The notes: generated from the sequence alone by a model not told the origin. 64,000 nucleotides of DNA from Flectonema sp. DT1601 (GCA_964019425.1 OZ025797.1:744001-808000); one strand, 5' to 3'; positions 51,213 through 62,326 are shown, numbered from the stretch's first letter. Program-made: numbers and translations.

Positions 51213-54200
51213 CTAGATGAAGATGACGATGATTTAAATCCGACCAACTCACTCACAGAAAAGAATACGGCTCGTGAACTGCTGCTTCAGGCAGGCGATG
51301 TCGAACGCAACCCTGGCCCTGACGACTCCCTCATATCACTACTAAGCTGGAACTGTCGATCAATGGGGAACAAAGGTGCCTACATACACAAGCTGCTCAA
51401 TGCCTATGCGCCGGACGTACTGTGCCTGCAAGAAACTTGGACAAAAGATGTAGTCTCACACACGGATTATTTTACCTATCGGAATGATAGGGCAACACGG
51501 GGTGGTGGGGTTATTACTATGGTGAAGAAATGCCACACTCAGCAGCGTTCTGATATCGTACTTCCGCCTCACTTAAATGATGTTGAAGTTGTAAAGGTCA
51601 ACATAGGTGGAAAGATTGACATCTTAAATATTTATGCTCCCCCGGGATGCAAGATCAGAAAGTCAGATCTTCCAGTCTCAACGAAAGCAATCGTCGCGGG
51701 TGACTTTAATGCCCATCATCCGGTGTGGTCATCAAAATCGACGCCAGCAGGTTCTACTCTACATGAATGGGCAGCACACAATGATCTACTGGTAGCCAAC
51801 AAGATGGGGTCAATCACAAGGCCTTTTCCTAATATCCCGGGGGGCGGTACCTCGCCGGACGTAGTATTTTTTCAAAACTCGATGATTCTGGAAGAATTCT
51901 CTGTAATTAGAGAAGATAATAAACATGGATCTGATCACCGACCTCTCTACACCGTACTGGATCCCATGTGTCAACTTACACGTGCCACGATAGGTTCTAA
52001 GAAACGCGTAGTGTGGGACTTCAAGTCTACGGACTGGAACTGCTTTGGAAATATGCTCGATAAGAGAATTAGAAAATCGAAACTCTCCAACGATGCAACT
52101 GCGAATGCTAAGCTCTTTAACAACATACTGCATGAAGTAGCGGCTAAATTCATTCGTCGACGTGTCCTTTTCAAAGGGAAACGGAGACGAAAGTGGAAGA
52201 CGTCAACTCCAGATTCTACCAAATCGAAGGGTGTCCACCTACGTGATCAACTTGACAAGGGTAACAACTTTGCCTTTGCGTTTAAGAAGATCAAAGAACT
52301 GCAGCAAGATGCTGGTAAAGATATCAGTGTCAACAACATCTCTGACTGCGATCTCCCATCAGCATTCTTGGACATGTTTGTCTCGAAATCGGAAATATTA
52401 TCGCTAGAGGCCCCCGCACTCTCAGAAGGTGATAATGAAATAGATATTTGCTGTGATTTCACAATGGCTGAAATTAAAGCTGCGATTAAGAACCTGAAGA
52501 CCCGCAAGGCTGCAGGACCTGATGGAGTTCACAATGAGATGATCAAAAACTTCACTCCGGCAACAGTGGAATACCTCTTGAGAATTATTAACACTTCCTG
52601 GAAGACTTCAAAAGTACCGTACCAGTGGAAACAAGGTTTAATCAAGCCTATGTTCAAGGCTGGAAAACCTCGAAATGAACTGAAGAGTTTCAGACCCATT
52701 ACGCTCACATCGGTTGTTGGGAAACTTGCGGAGAGGCTCGTGTATGACCGACTCATGCACTGGCTCACTAAACATTCGTCACTCAGCCCACTACAGGCTG
52801 GATTCAGAAGGGGGAGAAATACCTGCGAACAGATCACCGTTTTGGTAGATGCCGTCGTAAGGATGCACATGAAGAGAAAGAGATCGGTGTTCTTATCGTT
52901 TGATTTTACTGCTGCGTTTGACAGGATCAACCATAAGATACTTTTATTAAAATTGGTAAAGATGGGTGTTCCGAATGTTATTATCAGATGGATCACAGAC
53001 TTTCTTACAAACAGGAAGGTTAGAGTTGAAGCGAATGGTTATCTTAGCGAATTCCGTACTCTGGCTAAGGGGGTTCCACAGGGATCGATCCTGGGACCTC
53101 TTCTCTATCTTATCTACGTTGATGACCTCTGCAAGATTTTGGAACTGGAGAAAGAAACAACGACGTCTGCTCTGTATGCGGATGATACAGCATGTGTAGT
53201 ATCTGGACATAACATGGAAGAAGCTCTTTCAAATGCTCAAATAATACTTGATAAAGTGGATCAATGGTGTTCTGACAACGACATGGCCCTGTCGGTCTCA
53301 AAGACCTGTGCTCTTAAGATGAAAGTCCGTACGAAGGATACGATTCTCAACGACACCTGCAATCGCGAATTACTATTTTCCAGATCTGTTGTGGAAAACG
53401 TTATCAAAATGGACTATAGTGACATTGAAAAGAGTATCAACTTAAACTCTTCTAGACCCATGCTTCAAAGCGGCGAAACTATTCTCGAGGTTGATGGAAC
53501 TCCGATCAAAACGCAAGACGAACTTGACAACGTGATGTTGCGGAATATTGTTCTCGAAGACAACGTGATGGTGGTGAAAGCCAGATTTAAAACCGCATTT
53601 CTGTTGCCAATCGTGGACTCAGTGAAATACCTCGGAGTTCACATCGACGACAGACTCACTTTCCACAAACAGGTGGCTAAGATTCATGAAGAACTGAAAA
53701 AGGGAATATCTCTGCTTCAATGCCTTCAACCGTATGATCTTGACTACAAAACGCTAAATATGGTCAAGAACCTTTACGTAACTGCGAGAATCTCTTATGC
53801 GCTCGATAGCTTTGGTTGGTTGATAAGCAACAGCGTTGATAGTATTGATTTCGAACTGAGGAAGGTTGCCAGGCTGGTTACTGGATGCAGCAGGTGCACA
53901 CCGAGAGAACTTCTACTGTGGGAAGCGGACATGCTTCCTTTTAAACGTCAGATTGAAAAGCAAACCAAGATAGCGTACTACAGGTATAAAGCCATGACTT
54001 GGATACCTAGTACCAACAGACTCGCCTCAACCCAAAGCTACTGGGCTGGCCTCCTTCCTGGCATTGACAGCCAGCGTGAAAGCCAGTGCCTTGTACAGCC
54101 TGACTCGATGGAACCCTGGGTATCTCCGACAAACCTTAGGATTAGCAACGGCTGCGGATTTCCGAAGTCCGCGAACCCTGCGGTGGACAAAGAAAAATTC

Positions 54201-55617
54201 ATGTCGTACATTGGAACGTTACCTCCTGTCGACATGGTAATCAACTGCGATGGCTCCTACTCTGCTTCCGGCGCGGCCGGTGCGGCTCATATTGCCAAGT
54301 CACGTAGCGGCCTTCGATCTGCTTACGCGTCTAGGCTTTATCAAGCTGACTGCAGCTACAGGGCTGAACAACATGCTCTGAAGAACGCGGCTAGACATCT
54401 GAGAACAGTGTTTAGCAAAGATCCTTCAATGAGATCTGTAAGGCTATTCACGGACTCAAAATCCCTTCTGGATGAACTGCTGGGTGGAAGGTGCAGACAG
54501 AGGAATACTGAGTCCCTCAAGATACTAGAATACCTGCGCATGTGTGAAATGAAAGTGCATTTGCAATTCATCCCCTCGCACATTGGAATCGAGTTTCACG
54601 ATGAAGTTGACGCGCTTGCAAAGGAAGCAGCGCACAACAAGAACATCCGACCTGTGCTAGTCAAAGGCACGTACTTCTCGCGATCATCACATGTTAAGCG
54701 CTGCATCAAAAAGGATCTGCTTAACGTGAGTGGTTACACCTGCTACAAACACCTCATCAGAGGCCGTTCCGTTAAATACCCTCCTGGGATGGAAAGAGCC
54801 GACGAGATACGGATAGCGAACTTCCGGACAGGATGTCACCCGCTAATTCAGAACTGGCGCAAGACGATCGACTGCCCATTTTGTGGCGAACCGTCCTCAC
54901 AGGTTCACCTGCTGCAGGGATGTCAATCTCCCAAACTCGACTCGGCCAGGTTCAAAATCCTGGGCTTCTCAACACTGACCGACAAGTGGGATCGCGACCG
55001 GGAACTTATTATTGCCAACGAAATTCCTAACCTTGAAGCCCTCTTCACTTTAGCGTGGCTTCCATCACTCGCGTTGATCATAAGGTGGATGGAACAAACA
55101 TCTAACCTTAGACTTTGGAAGTAAAGTAGGTGACATGTAGTCGCCAATATCAATTTGTTATTATTTTAGTATTTTCATCATTATCAATCATCTCCTGGTT
55201 GGGTAACTGCACATCACCTTCGGTGTTGTCGCAGTGTCTCTTCCAACACTCCTGTCTCCTTCTTCTCCTATTCTCCTTACAAATTTCTCTTGAGGGCAGG
55301 CCTTCGGGCTGTTCAAGTGGTCTTTGACCACCGCTCTAGTTATATGCTCGACTCTTTGTTTTCCTTATCGATGGTAGGAATGGTAACCGAATTAGCTTCA
55401 TGTGTCCAATTTCAAGGACGCGTGACCATTTATTTTTCCGTTGCCGCTCTTCTTACGTCCTCAGGCGGAGCCTACCTATGTTTCCCGTGTTTTCCAATTT
55501 GTCAGACTTAAGTCAAAAAGAAAGTATTAAAGAAAGACAAAACAAAGAAGTGAAAAGAACAAAAACAAAGAGTCTGGAAGCACAAACGAGTGTAACCAAA
55601 AAAAAAAAAAAAAAAAA
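50356..55617 (+). mobile_element. Ingi/I-group LINE with APE, RT, RNase H and CCHC; 14-bp TSD; polyA
   Basis: TSD TAGTTCTGAAACTA at 50342-50355 and 55618-55631; polyA 55598-55617. Confidence 0.93.
51213..55124 (+). CDS. LINE ORF2: 2A peptide, APE endonuclease, RT, RNase H, zinc knuckle
   Basis: Open from the codon after the ORF1 stop: GDVERNPGP, then LLSWNCRS, CLQET, GDFNAH, SDH; GVPQGSILGP, YADD; CDGS, TDSKS, FIPSHIGI; CPFC...H...C. Confidence 0.93.
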   Translation, partial: LDEDDDDLNPTNSLTEKNTARELLLQAGDVERNPGPDDSLISLLSWNCRSMGNKGAYIHKLLNAYAPDVLCLQETWTKDVVSHTDYFTYRNDRATRGGGVITMVKKCHTQQRSDIVLPPHLNDVEVVKVNIGGKIDILNIYAPPGCKIRKSDLPVSTKAIVAGDFNAHHPVWSSKSTPAGSTLHEWAAHNDLLVANKMGSITRPFPNIPGGGTSPDVVFFQNSMILEEFSVIREDNKHGSDHRPLYTVLDPMCQLTRATIGSKKRVVWDFKSTDWNCFGNMLDKRIRKSKLSNDATANAKLFNNILHEVAAKFIRRRVLFKGKRRRKWKTSTPDSTKSKGVHLRDQLDKGNNFAFAFKKIKELQQDAGKDISVNNISDCDLPSAFLDMFVSKSEILSLEAPALSEGDNEIDICCDFTMAEIKAAIKNLKTRKAAGPDGVHNEMIKNFTPATVEYLLRIINTSWKTSKVPYQWKQGLIKPMFKAGKPRNELKSFRPITLTSVVGKLAERLVYDRLMHWLTKHSSLSPLQAGFRRGRNTCEQITVLVDAVVRMHMKRKRSVFLSFDFTAAFDRINHKILLLKLVKMGVPNVIIRWITDFLTNRKVRVEANGYLSEFRTLAKGVPQGSILGPLLYLIYVDDLCKILELEKETTTSALYADDTACVVSGHNMEEALSNAQIILDKVDQWCSDNDMALSVSKTCALKMKVRTKDTILNDTCNRELLFSRSVVENVIKMDYSDIEKSINLNSSRPMLQSGETILEVDGTPIKTQDELDNVMLRNIVLEDNVMVVKARFKTAFLLPIVDSVKYLGVHIDDRLTFHKQVAKIHEELKKGISLLQCLQPYDLDYKTLNMVKNLYVTARISYALDSFGWLISNSVDSIDFELRKVARLVTGCSRCTPRELLLWEADMLPFKRQIEKQTKIAYYRYKAMTWIPSTNRLASTQSYWAGLLPGIDSQRESQCLVQPDSMEPWVSPTNLRISNGCGFPKSANPAVDKEKFMSYIGTLPPVDMVINCDGSYSASGAAGAAHIAKSRSGLRSAYASRLYQADCSYRAEQHALKNAARHLRTVFSKDPSMRSVRLFTDSKSLLDELLGGRCRQRNTESLKILEYLRMCEMKVHLQFIPSHIGIEFHDEVDALAKEAAHNKNIRPVLVKGTYFSRSSHVKRCIKKDLLNVSGYTCYKHLIRGRSVKYPPGMERADEIRIANFRTGCHPLIQNWRKTIDCPFCGEPSSQVHLLQGCQSPKLDSARFKILGFSTLTDKWDRDRELIIANEIPNLEALFTLAWLPSLALIIRWMEQTSNLRLWK

Positions 55618-55631
55618 TAGTTCTGAAACTA

Positions 55632-55846
55632 GGGGTAAGTACAGCGCAGTGGTATAACTCTCGCCCCGGAGCTGGGTGATCGCTGGTTCGATCCCCTGCC
55701 ACTGCAATAACCCATCGCGTCCGTACACGCAATTAGTTCAAATCCCGCACCCGAAGGGCGTCCAGGGTAGGCACCTGGTTGACTCTCCTACGTTAAGACT
55801 GGAGGGAAGGGAAAATGGAAGGATTTCCATAAAGAAGCCAAGAACA

Positions 55847-55886
<40 letters not shown>
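55632..55886 (+). mobile_element. tRNA-derived SINE-like element with polyA
   Basis: A-box-like CAGCGCAGTGGT, B-box GGTTCGATCCC, a second AGTTCAAATCCC, ~140-bp body, polyA 55848-55886, possible short TSD AAACTA. Confidence 0.65.
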
Positions 55887-55888
<2 letters not shown>

Positions 55889-56104
55889 ATTTGTGTAGGA
55901 AAGACCCCTTTACCCTATTTATAATAAATAAAAGGCTAAAAAACAAAAAACCTGCTGCAAGCCAAAATCTTGGGTCAAGTTCCAAGTCCTGGTGGGCAAC
56001 TTTTTTTTGTAGGGAGTTGGCGATTTCACAAACTATTTTTGTTGAATTAGATGGCATCTACATGTTTCAAGATCACATGGTTCCATCATTGGCACGGCCA
56101 CATA

Positions 56105-56282
56105 GCTTTTGGATGTTAACAGTCTTCCCGCATGAATTTTTTTGGTGTTAATTTTCTTCCCGCAGGCAATTTTTGAGTGCTAATTTTCTCCCGCAAGCAA
56201 ATTTTGGATGTTAACTTTCTTCCCACATGAATTTCTTTTGGTCCCGCAAGCAAATTTTGGGTGTTAATTTTCTCCTGCAAGC
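56105..56282. repeat. Imperfect ~30-40-bp tandem repeat
   Basis: Recurring TTTTGG(A/G)TGTTAA...TTCTCCCGCA motif. Confidence 0.7.
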
Positions 56283-56289
56283 TGGTGTC

Positions 56290-57110
56290 CATGCTTTATT
56301 TGATAATGGTGAGTCAAGAAAGCTTAAGTCTTTACTTAATTTAAGCTGCAATTATATAAGTTGATAAAGCTGTGACAAGCTACTTAAACTTGTATCCTCG
56401 GTTGAGTAGTCTGTATGTTACGAACTCGAGCTCTTGTAGAAGATCTGCCTGACTAGTTCATGGAGTATAATTCTGCTGGTGGTGGGTTGCAGTTCCATGT
56501 AAGGAAATCGTCTATATACCGGCAAGAGTAGTCGTGTTTGCGTGCTAAATCTCCTTTCGCTACAAGGTCATCCAGTAGAGATTAGCTATATCGCTACTTG
56601 CGTTGCCGCCCATGGGAATGCCAACTACTTGTCTCCATAGTTTTCCTCTCATTGAAATTAGAGAATTATCCACACAAAAGCCTAGAAGCTCTACATTCTA
56701 ACTGTGATAAAGCACGGTAGGTCGCAGGGTCATTAGATTCAAGTCGCATAATATTCTTGAATTCGAATACTTCTTTAATTGCTTCATTCACTTTATCTTT
56801 GATCTCCTGGTGGGGGAGTCGTGTATACATCGTAGTGAAGTCGTGTGTTTTGGGAGATAGGCTTTTTAGTCGAGTTGTGTTTAATTTAATATCAGCAGCT
56901 ATGTCTTTATCAGATTCGACTATCCAATAACGTTTGTATTTTGAATTCATATCTTTTCCTTTTAGTAAAGCCATCACATTTTTAAGAATACTTGATAGAT
57001 GCAGATGGGCGTGTGTTGTGGCTGTTGCGGGTGCCGTTTTGTGCTCCTTGTCTAATTGGCGTTGCTTCTCCGTTCCTGTGAGTGAAGAGGCTGTCCAGTA
57101 GGTAGGTAGG
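56290..57110 (-). pseudogene. Decayed Penelope-like reverse transcriptase fragment
   Basis: Minus strand gives KTHDFTTMYTRLPH, WRQVVGIPMGGNASSDIANL and RYIDD, separated by stops and frameshifts. Confidence 0.75.
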
Positions 57111-58592
57111 TTGAGTATGAAACAAGAGTAAAAAAAAGAAACAAACCATCAAGGTGATCTAGGTCCAGAAAAGCAAGAAAAAAATGAGAATCTCCAATCT
57201 GCACAAAACCACTTCATTCAAGGGTGGTATCATTTGTTTCTGCATCGCCTCATATAAAGTTACGAACACATTTTGTGAATTCTGTATGGAAAAAAATTAA
57301 TCCGAATCGCGGGAAACGATGAACAGTGTTTGTTATATTTCAAAAAGATTCATGATTGGAAATCGGACGAAACCGAAAAAGTTTATTTACATTTCATTTT
57401 ATCTCCGACGTGAAGGAGACACTGTGTGCTTCATATTTGGGTACTTAAAACTCGTACTGCGTCGAGTAGGCCAATGCTTAAGAATTGCTTTTCCAAAATA
57501 AGGAAAATACCGCACCTTGAAGCATCTCAAGGAACAAAAAATAGCAATCACGCACGATACAGCATCTGTCGAGATCTTTAATTAAGATCAGACTTAATAG
57601 CAGCTTTCCCCCCTTGACTTTCAAAGACTCCTCCTTACAATCAAAAGGAAAAGCGACCGCCACCAAGTACCAAGTAATGAATGGAGTCTCCCTAGTCAAA
57701 TAAGACGTATGAACGCTTTAATTAAAAGGCATTTAACCCCACTGAAGAAGCAAAAAAAAAAATTTGCGTGAGGCAAACAGGAACTAACAAAATAGAAACT
57801 AAAAAAAAGGAAAAACTTAATAAAAAGAAACCTGCCCAAATCGAACTTTTCTCTGCATCTCAGTGTTCTCCAGCATGCTATTATATTTGAGAGCAGGCAA
57901 CAAGTACCGAGATTTATACTTTTTCTCGAATTCTATTTCAAGAACAAAATACCTAATCAATCTACAACTTTTTCTAGAATAATAACCCTTGAGCCATGAC
58001 AAGGATTTTATTGTTCTTTCGAGTGCAAGATCACTCCTCAGATGCAGAACAGAATCTTGGTGAGAAGTGACTCAGCGAAAAGAATATCTTAATCGTACAA
58101 AGCTTACTTAGAGAAAAGAAAACTACAAATGGGGAGTACTTTGATGGAAGGGGGGAATCAACTAAATACGAAACAGTAATAAAATCATCTCTGGCATCGA
58201 ACAGCATTCATAAGATAGTTTCATTACAACTGCATTGAGAAACTTGTTTACTAACCTCAACGTCAAATGGTTGCAAATTATGTGATGGGCAAGTGCCACC
58301 AATTTAGAGTATTACCAAGAACGCTGTGATACCTCACAATTAATTTGTTGTTTGTTTTCATGTCATAATGGAGCATGCGTGCACACTCAAAAAAGACGCA
58401 TATGCCGTTTACGACAAGACTTGCGTTTTCTGTGGTCTGTTTTCTTTTTTTTGATGTTCAAGTAAGGACGAAATAAGGGAAAGAATTGACTTCACACAAC
58501 GGTATCCGCTTCTATTGTATTCTTCTTTTAGTTTAACAAAACTCGACATCACTTTCTGAAAATACTACTTCCGTCAAAGCGAAAGCATCAAA

Positions 58593-60719
58593 TCAAGTCA
58601 TTATACGCTGAGCAGGATTGCTACCAGTAGTGTAAGGTGTCATAGGGGTGCGAGGTGTTGTCGGAACAGGCCTTCGAGATCCAGCGGCGAAGGGAGTACG
58701 AGGTGTCCCAACGGTTGTAGATGAGCGAAATTGCCGAGACCGGGGAAGTTCATCTCCTGGTGTGGGTGGTAAAGACTCGGGAAAGGGAAACTGTGAGTTT
58801 GTTTCAAATGGACTTCCCAATGACGAGTTGTGATCTGCAACACGAGGTAACGATCTTCTATTTGAACTTTGAGTTCTCACATCGGAAGTACTTTGTTCAT
58901 GTTTCCAAGTGTCGACTGCTTCATCAGTAAAACCATTTTCCATTACAAGACGAAGTTCGCGTTTCATGGTGTCGATTTCTCGCACTTTTTCAGTATCTTG
59001 TACTGGGCTACCATCATCACCGATATGACCACCGTGTCGAAGTTGCTTGAGAGCCCGAGAGGCTTCGAGTCGGTTTGAATTTCTCTTTCGACTTTCGGTC
59101 ATATCAAAAACAGGCGGTGCTGCTAAAATCTTATTTATCGAGCGCTCCTCCTTTGATTGGATTGGATTCAGTGGATGGTAAGACCCACCAGAAGCATCCT
59201 CACTGATATCACCGCCAAGCTCTCGTTGCTTCTCCATCACATCTTTCTTTTGCTTTACCCTTGTGAAGAACCAAATGACAGCAAGCACACAACAGGTGAC
59301 GACTACAGCAGCAACAATTAAAATTATATGGATAACAGGAAATCCATCGTCTGGCGATGCGGCAGGCTGAGAAACTGAGGACGGCGAAGAGGTTGAGCCT
59401 GCAGGGAGTTGGGTAGAGCCAGCAGGGAGTTGGGTAGAGCCAGCAGGGAGTTGGGTAGAGCCAGCAGGGAGTTGGGTCGGCGATCCAGGCGGTTGTGAGG
59501 TGGGGGACGCTACAGTAGATGGAGGGATGGGTGTAGTACCTGCTGCACCGGGAACCGAAGTTGGGGCTGTCGTTGATGAGCTTGGGGAAGTTGACCCCCC
59601 CGGAGAGTATGTGTCACCTGGAGGAAGAGGTACTCTCGTTGGAACGGTAGTTGGGGCAATAGTTGCAGGGACAGGTGTTGGTATTGCTGTTGGAGGAGCA
59701 TCAGTCTCTGGAATCACTAACGTACATGACTTGTACCTCAATATTGGACCAATGGCTTCAGTCCCTGAATACTTTGACTCTGCAGCACCACCACTAACAG
59801 ACTGGTACATAAGTTCAGTGCCACTAGCGAAAATAATTGTATCATCTGTTGCCGTCAGAGACCCGATAGCAAATGCTGGCTGTCTGATTGTTTTTCCATT
59901 GCCAGGGGTGTAGAATGCCGGGAGGTTTGTTGCAAGTACTTCCACTGTAGTACTGTCTTGAAGGAGTCGCATTAAGACAGTTGAGGTATCAGTTATAGAT
60001 GCATAGTAGATCAAGACATCGGTGTTTTCTGTTGAAAGGATGTAACTCGGATCTCCTTCATTAGTATCGAAACTTGTGATAGAAGGATCATTTTTCACCG
60101 GAATTGTATTCGATCCCACCGGAGTAGATGCAACACCTGAAGAGTCGAACTCACTCCACGACATCCATACAGATGATCCTTCAACTGCAATACCACCACC
60201 TTCTGGCTTCGCAGCCCTCATTGATGCGATTTCTGCGCCAGAGTTTAAACTGCAGGCTGTTCCATCCCACACACATGACCTTCTTATATTACAAAGTCCT
60301 GCTAGTGTCATCACAGCACAGTTTTGATAATCAAAAGGGTATACCCTCCAACCAATATTTTCAAAGGACATGTAATATGCTCCGAAACCGTCTCTTATCG
60401 TTATCGATCGAAGATCACCCCTTCCAGTCGCTCTACCTATTTGTTCTGAAGTAAAAAGATTGTGCGAATATACGTCCCCATTCTCACACGACCACACTAA
60501 GATCTGTTCGCATGGATCAAAGTCGAGTCCTCGAATGCCACAGTCCAACTCCGGAATTGCAGAGGTTTTTAGCAAAGCCTGGGTCTTCATATCAAGTATC
60601 ATGACCGCATTACCTTCCTTCACTAACACGTGGTCATCTCCGAACATTCTGACTTGACTCTTTGCAAATGTTGCTAGCAGAGATATAACTCCTAGAACTC
60701 GGGTAATTAAAGTCATCAT
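58593..60719 (-). CDS. Type I membrane protein: signal peptide, beta-propeller-like ectodomain, Pro/Thr/Ser stalk with STQLPAG repeats, TM, cytoplasmic tail
   Basis: ATG at 60719, hydrophobic leader, TM IILIVAAVVVTCCVLAVIWFF followed by basic residues. Confidence 0.8.
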   Translation of the reverse strand: MMTLITRVLGVISLLATFAKSQVRMFGDDHVLVKEGNAVMILDMKTQALLKTSAIPELDCGIRGLDFDPCEQILVWSCENGDVYSHNLFTSEQIGRATGRGDLRSITIRDGFGAYYMSFENIGWRVYPFDYQNCAVMTLAGLCNIRRSCVWDGTACSLNSGAEIASMRAAKPEGGGIAVEGSSVWMSWSEFDSSGVASTPVGSNTIPVKNDPSITSFDTNEGDPSYILSTENTDVLIYYASITDTSTVLMRLLQDSTTVEVLATNLPAFYTPGNGKTIRQPAFAIGSLTATDDTIIFASGTELMYQSVSGGAAESKYSGTEAIGPILRYKSCTLVIPETDAPPTAIPTPVPATIAPTTVPTRVPLPPGDTYSPGGSTSPSSSTTAPTSVPGAAGTTPIPPSTVASPTSQPPGSPTQLPAGSTQLPAGSTQLPAGSTQLPAGSTSSPSSVSQPAASPDDGFPVIHIILIVAAVVVTCCVLAVIWFFTRVKQKKDVMEKQRELGGDISEDASGGSYHPLNPIQSKEERSINKILAAPPVFDMTESRKRNSNRLEASRALKQLRHGGHIGDDGSPVQDTEKVREIDTMKRELRLVMENGFTDEAVDTWKHEQSTSDVRTQSSNRRSLPRVADHNSSLGSPFETNSQFPFPESLPPTPGDELPRSRQFRSSTTVGTPRTPFAAGSRRPVPTTPRTPMTPYTTGSNPAQRIMT

Positions 60720-61183
60720 TTTATTTTTGCCCTGACTGAACAAGTGTGAAATAAAAGTTAGCTTACTGAACAACAGTTGCAGCCACAGATCCAGGACTCA
60801 TGTACCTGTTAATGATGTTGAATAGAATGAATATTTAAAACGGGGAATATATTAAACGCCAACTGGGGTCAATTTATATTATGTATTTGAAGAAGACACA
60901 TTCGACACTACCAAATATTCTATATAACTTACTTATCGTCACCCCCTATCACACATGCATTGTCGGAAGCAGTCAGGATTTCAAGACAACTTTTTTGATT
61001 AAAAGCAGTGCGAAAGGGGTGGATTTTCTATTGCTTTGCCCACGACGTTTGATGCCTCGGGCACCGCTCGTAGTTGACAGAAATCTCGTGAAGGCCGGAG
61101 TGCTCAAATGCACTCGACCACACACAGTCTCTCAAATTGTAACAGTATCTACAGCACCTCGGCGTAGAAACTTCCCAAGTGTT

Positions 61184-62326
61184 TTAATCTGTAGTACTCT
61201 TTGCAATAAACATGCACTGTCTGGGGAGTGGAATTCTTTCGATTGCTTCGAAGTTAGTAAGTAAGTGCGGCCAGCGAGTAGGTCCATATTCCCTGTGAAG
61301 ATTGTAGTAAAGCTTGTCACGGAACTTGGAATTGCATTCAACGCCAACAACGATCGTTGCGGACTTCTCTAACACACATGCTGCCTTCGCAACAGCTATC
61401 ACATCACCCCACGGGTTAAGCGTATCTCCATAGCGGCCAAGACCACTGTGCTCAAGTGATGAGAATGTAACCATTCCATCAATCTTTGGTACCCTTCCCT
61501 CCCTAAACATTTGATTGAATTGCCACGGAGTGTACGATGTTATCTTTGGATGAGTACTATTGATTTCTCCGTACTCGAGAGTATACACATGCGATGCTCC
61601 TCGCTCTAATATGATTGCTTCCACCCAGGGATTCTCTGAACCAATAACTAAAACAGACTTCCCTTTGTAATTGGCTTTCTCAACAGCCTCTGCAAGAGCC
61701 AAGGCCGTGGGACGTCCATAGTTTCCATCTAGGGTTGAGGTTTTCGCTTTCTTGATGAACTCATTTACATACTCCTCAGTCCAAGAGTGCACCATTGCAG
61801 TCTCACCACTGTACTTTTGAAATGTGTACTTGTTTTTAATTCGAACTGCTCCCTTCAGAGAATACGAATCAATTAGTGTGTTGGGAACATCACGTGGAGG
61901 GGGCACATGTACGCTGGGCATGTCAAATATATCTGTTTCATACAACTTTTTACAATTAACATCAGAAGTGACGACGTCGAGTACAGTTCCTGCTCGCCGT
62001 TTCATTGATCCACCTGACTGACTGCACAAATCACCACAATATGATAGTTGTTTGGCATACAACTCCTCATAATACTTTTCAGCATTCTCTGGGCTTGTGT
62101 CGGTTTTCGTGTCTGCGGGAACTGCTTCAATTTTCTTTTTGCTAATAGCTGCCGGCTGTTGTGTCCGCGTTACTGGATTTGAAGTACTTTGCTGCCGCTT
62201 TTTGAGAACCGCCTCGTCTTCGATCTTTAACTTGACTTCCATCGGTCTGGCTTCATAACCGACTATCACAATTGCTACAATAAGTACAACAACGAGTAGT
62301 ACTTTACGGCCTTGTGCTTCTGACAT
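61184..62326 (-). CDS. DUF268-like (methyltransferase-fold) type II membrane protein
   Basis: VIGSENPWVE, TLEY, SSLEHSGLGRYGDTLNPWGD, HREYG; N-terminal anchor after the ATG at 62326. Confidence 0.8.
   Translation of the reverse strand: MSEAQGRKVLLVVVLIVAIVIVGYEARPMEVKLKIEDEAVLKKRQQSTSNPVTRTQQPAAISKKKIEAVPADTKTDTSPENAEKYYEELYAKQLSYCGDLCSQSGGSMKRRAGTVLDVVTSDVNCKKLYETDIFDMPSVHVPPPRDVPNTLIDSYSLKGAVRIKNKYTFQKYSGETAMVHSWTEEYVNEFIKKAKTSTLDGNYGRPTALALAEAVEKANYKGKSVLVIGSENPWVEAIILERGASHVYTLEYGEINSTHPKITSYTPWQFNQMFREGRVPKIDGMVTFSSLEHSGLGRYGDTLNPWGDVIAVAKAACVLEKSATIVVGVECNSKFRDKLYYNLHREYGPTRWPHLLTNFEAIERIPLPRQCMFIAKSTTD

Noticed and set aside
10969..55710. Calling the tRNA-like sequences functional tRNA genes
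   Set aside because: None folds into a complete canonical cloverleaf by eye; tRNAscan-SE is needed.
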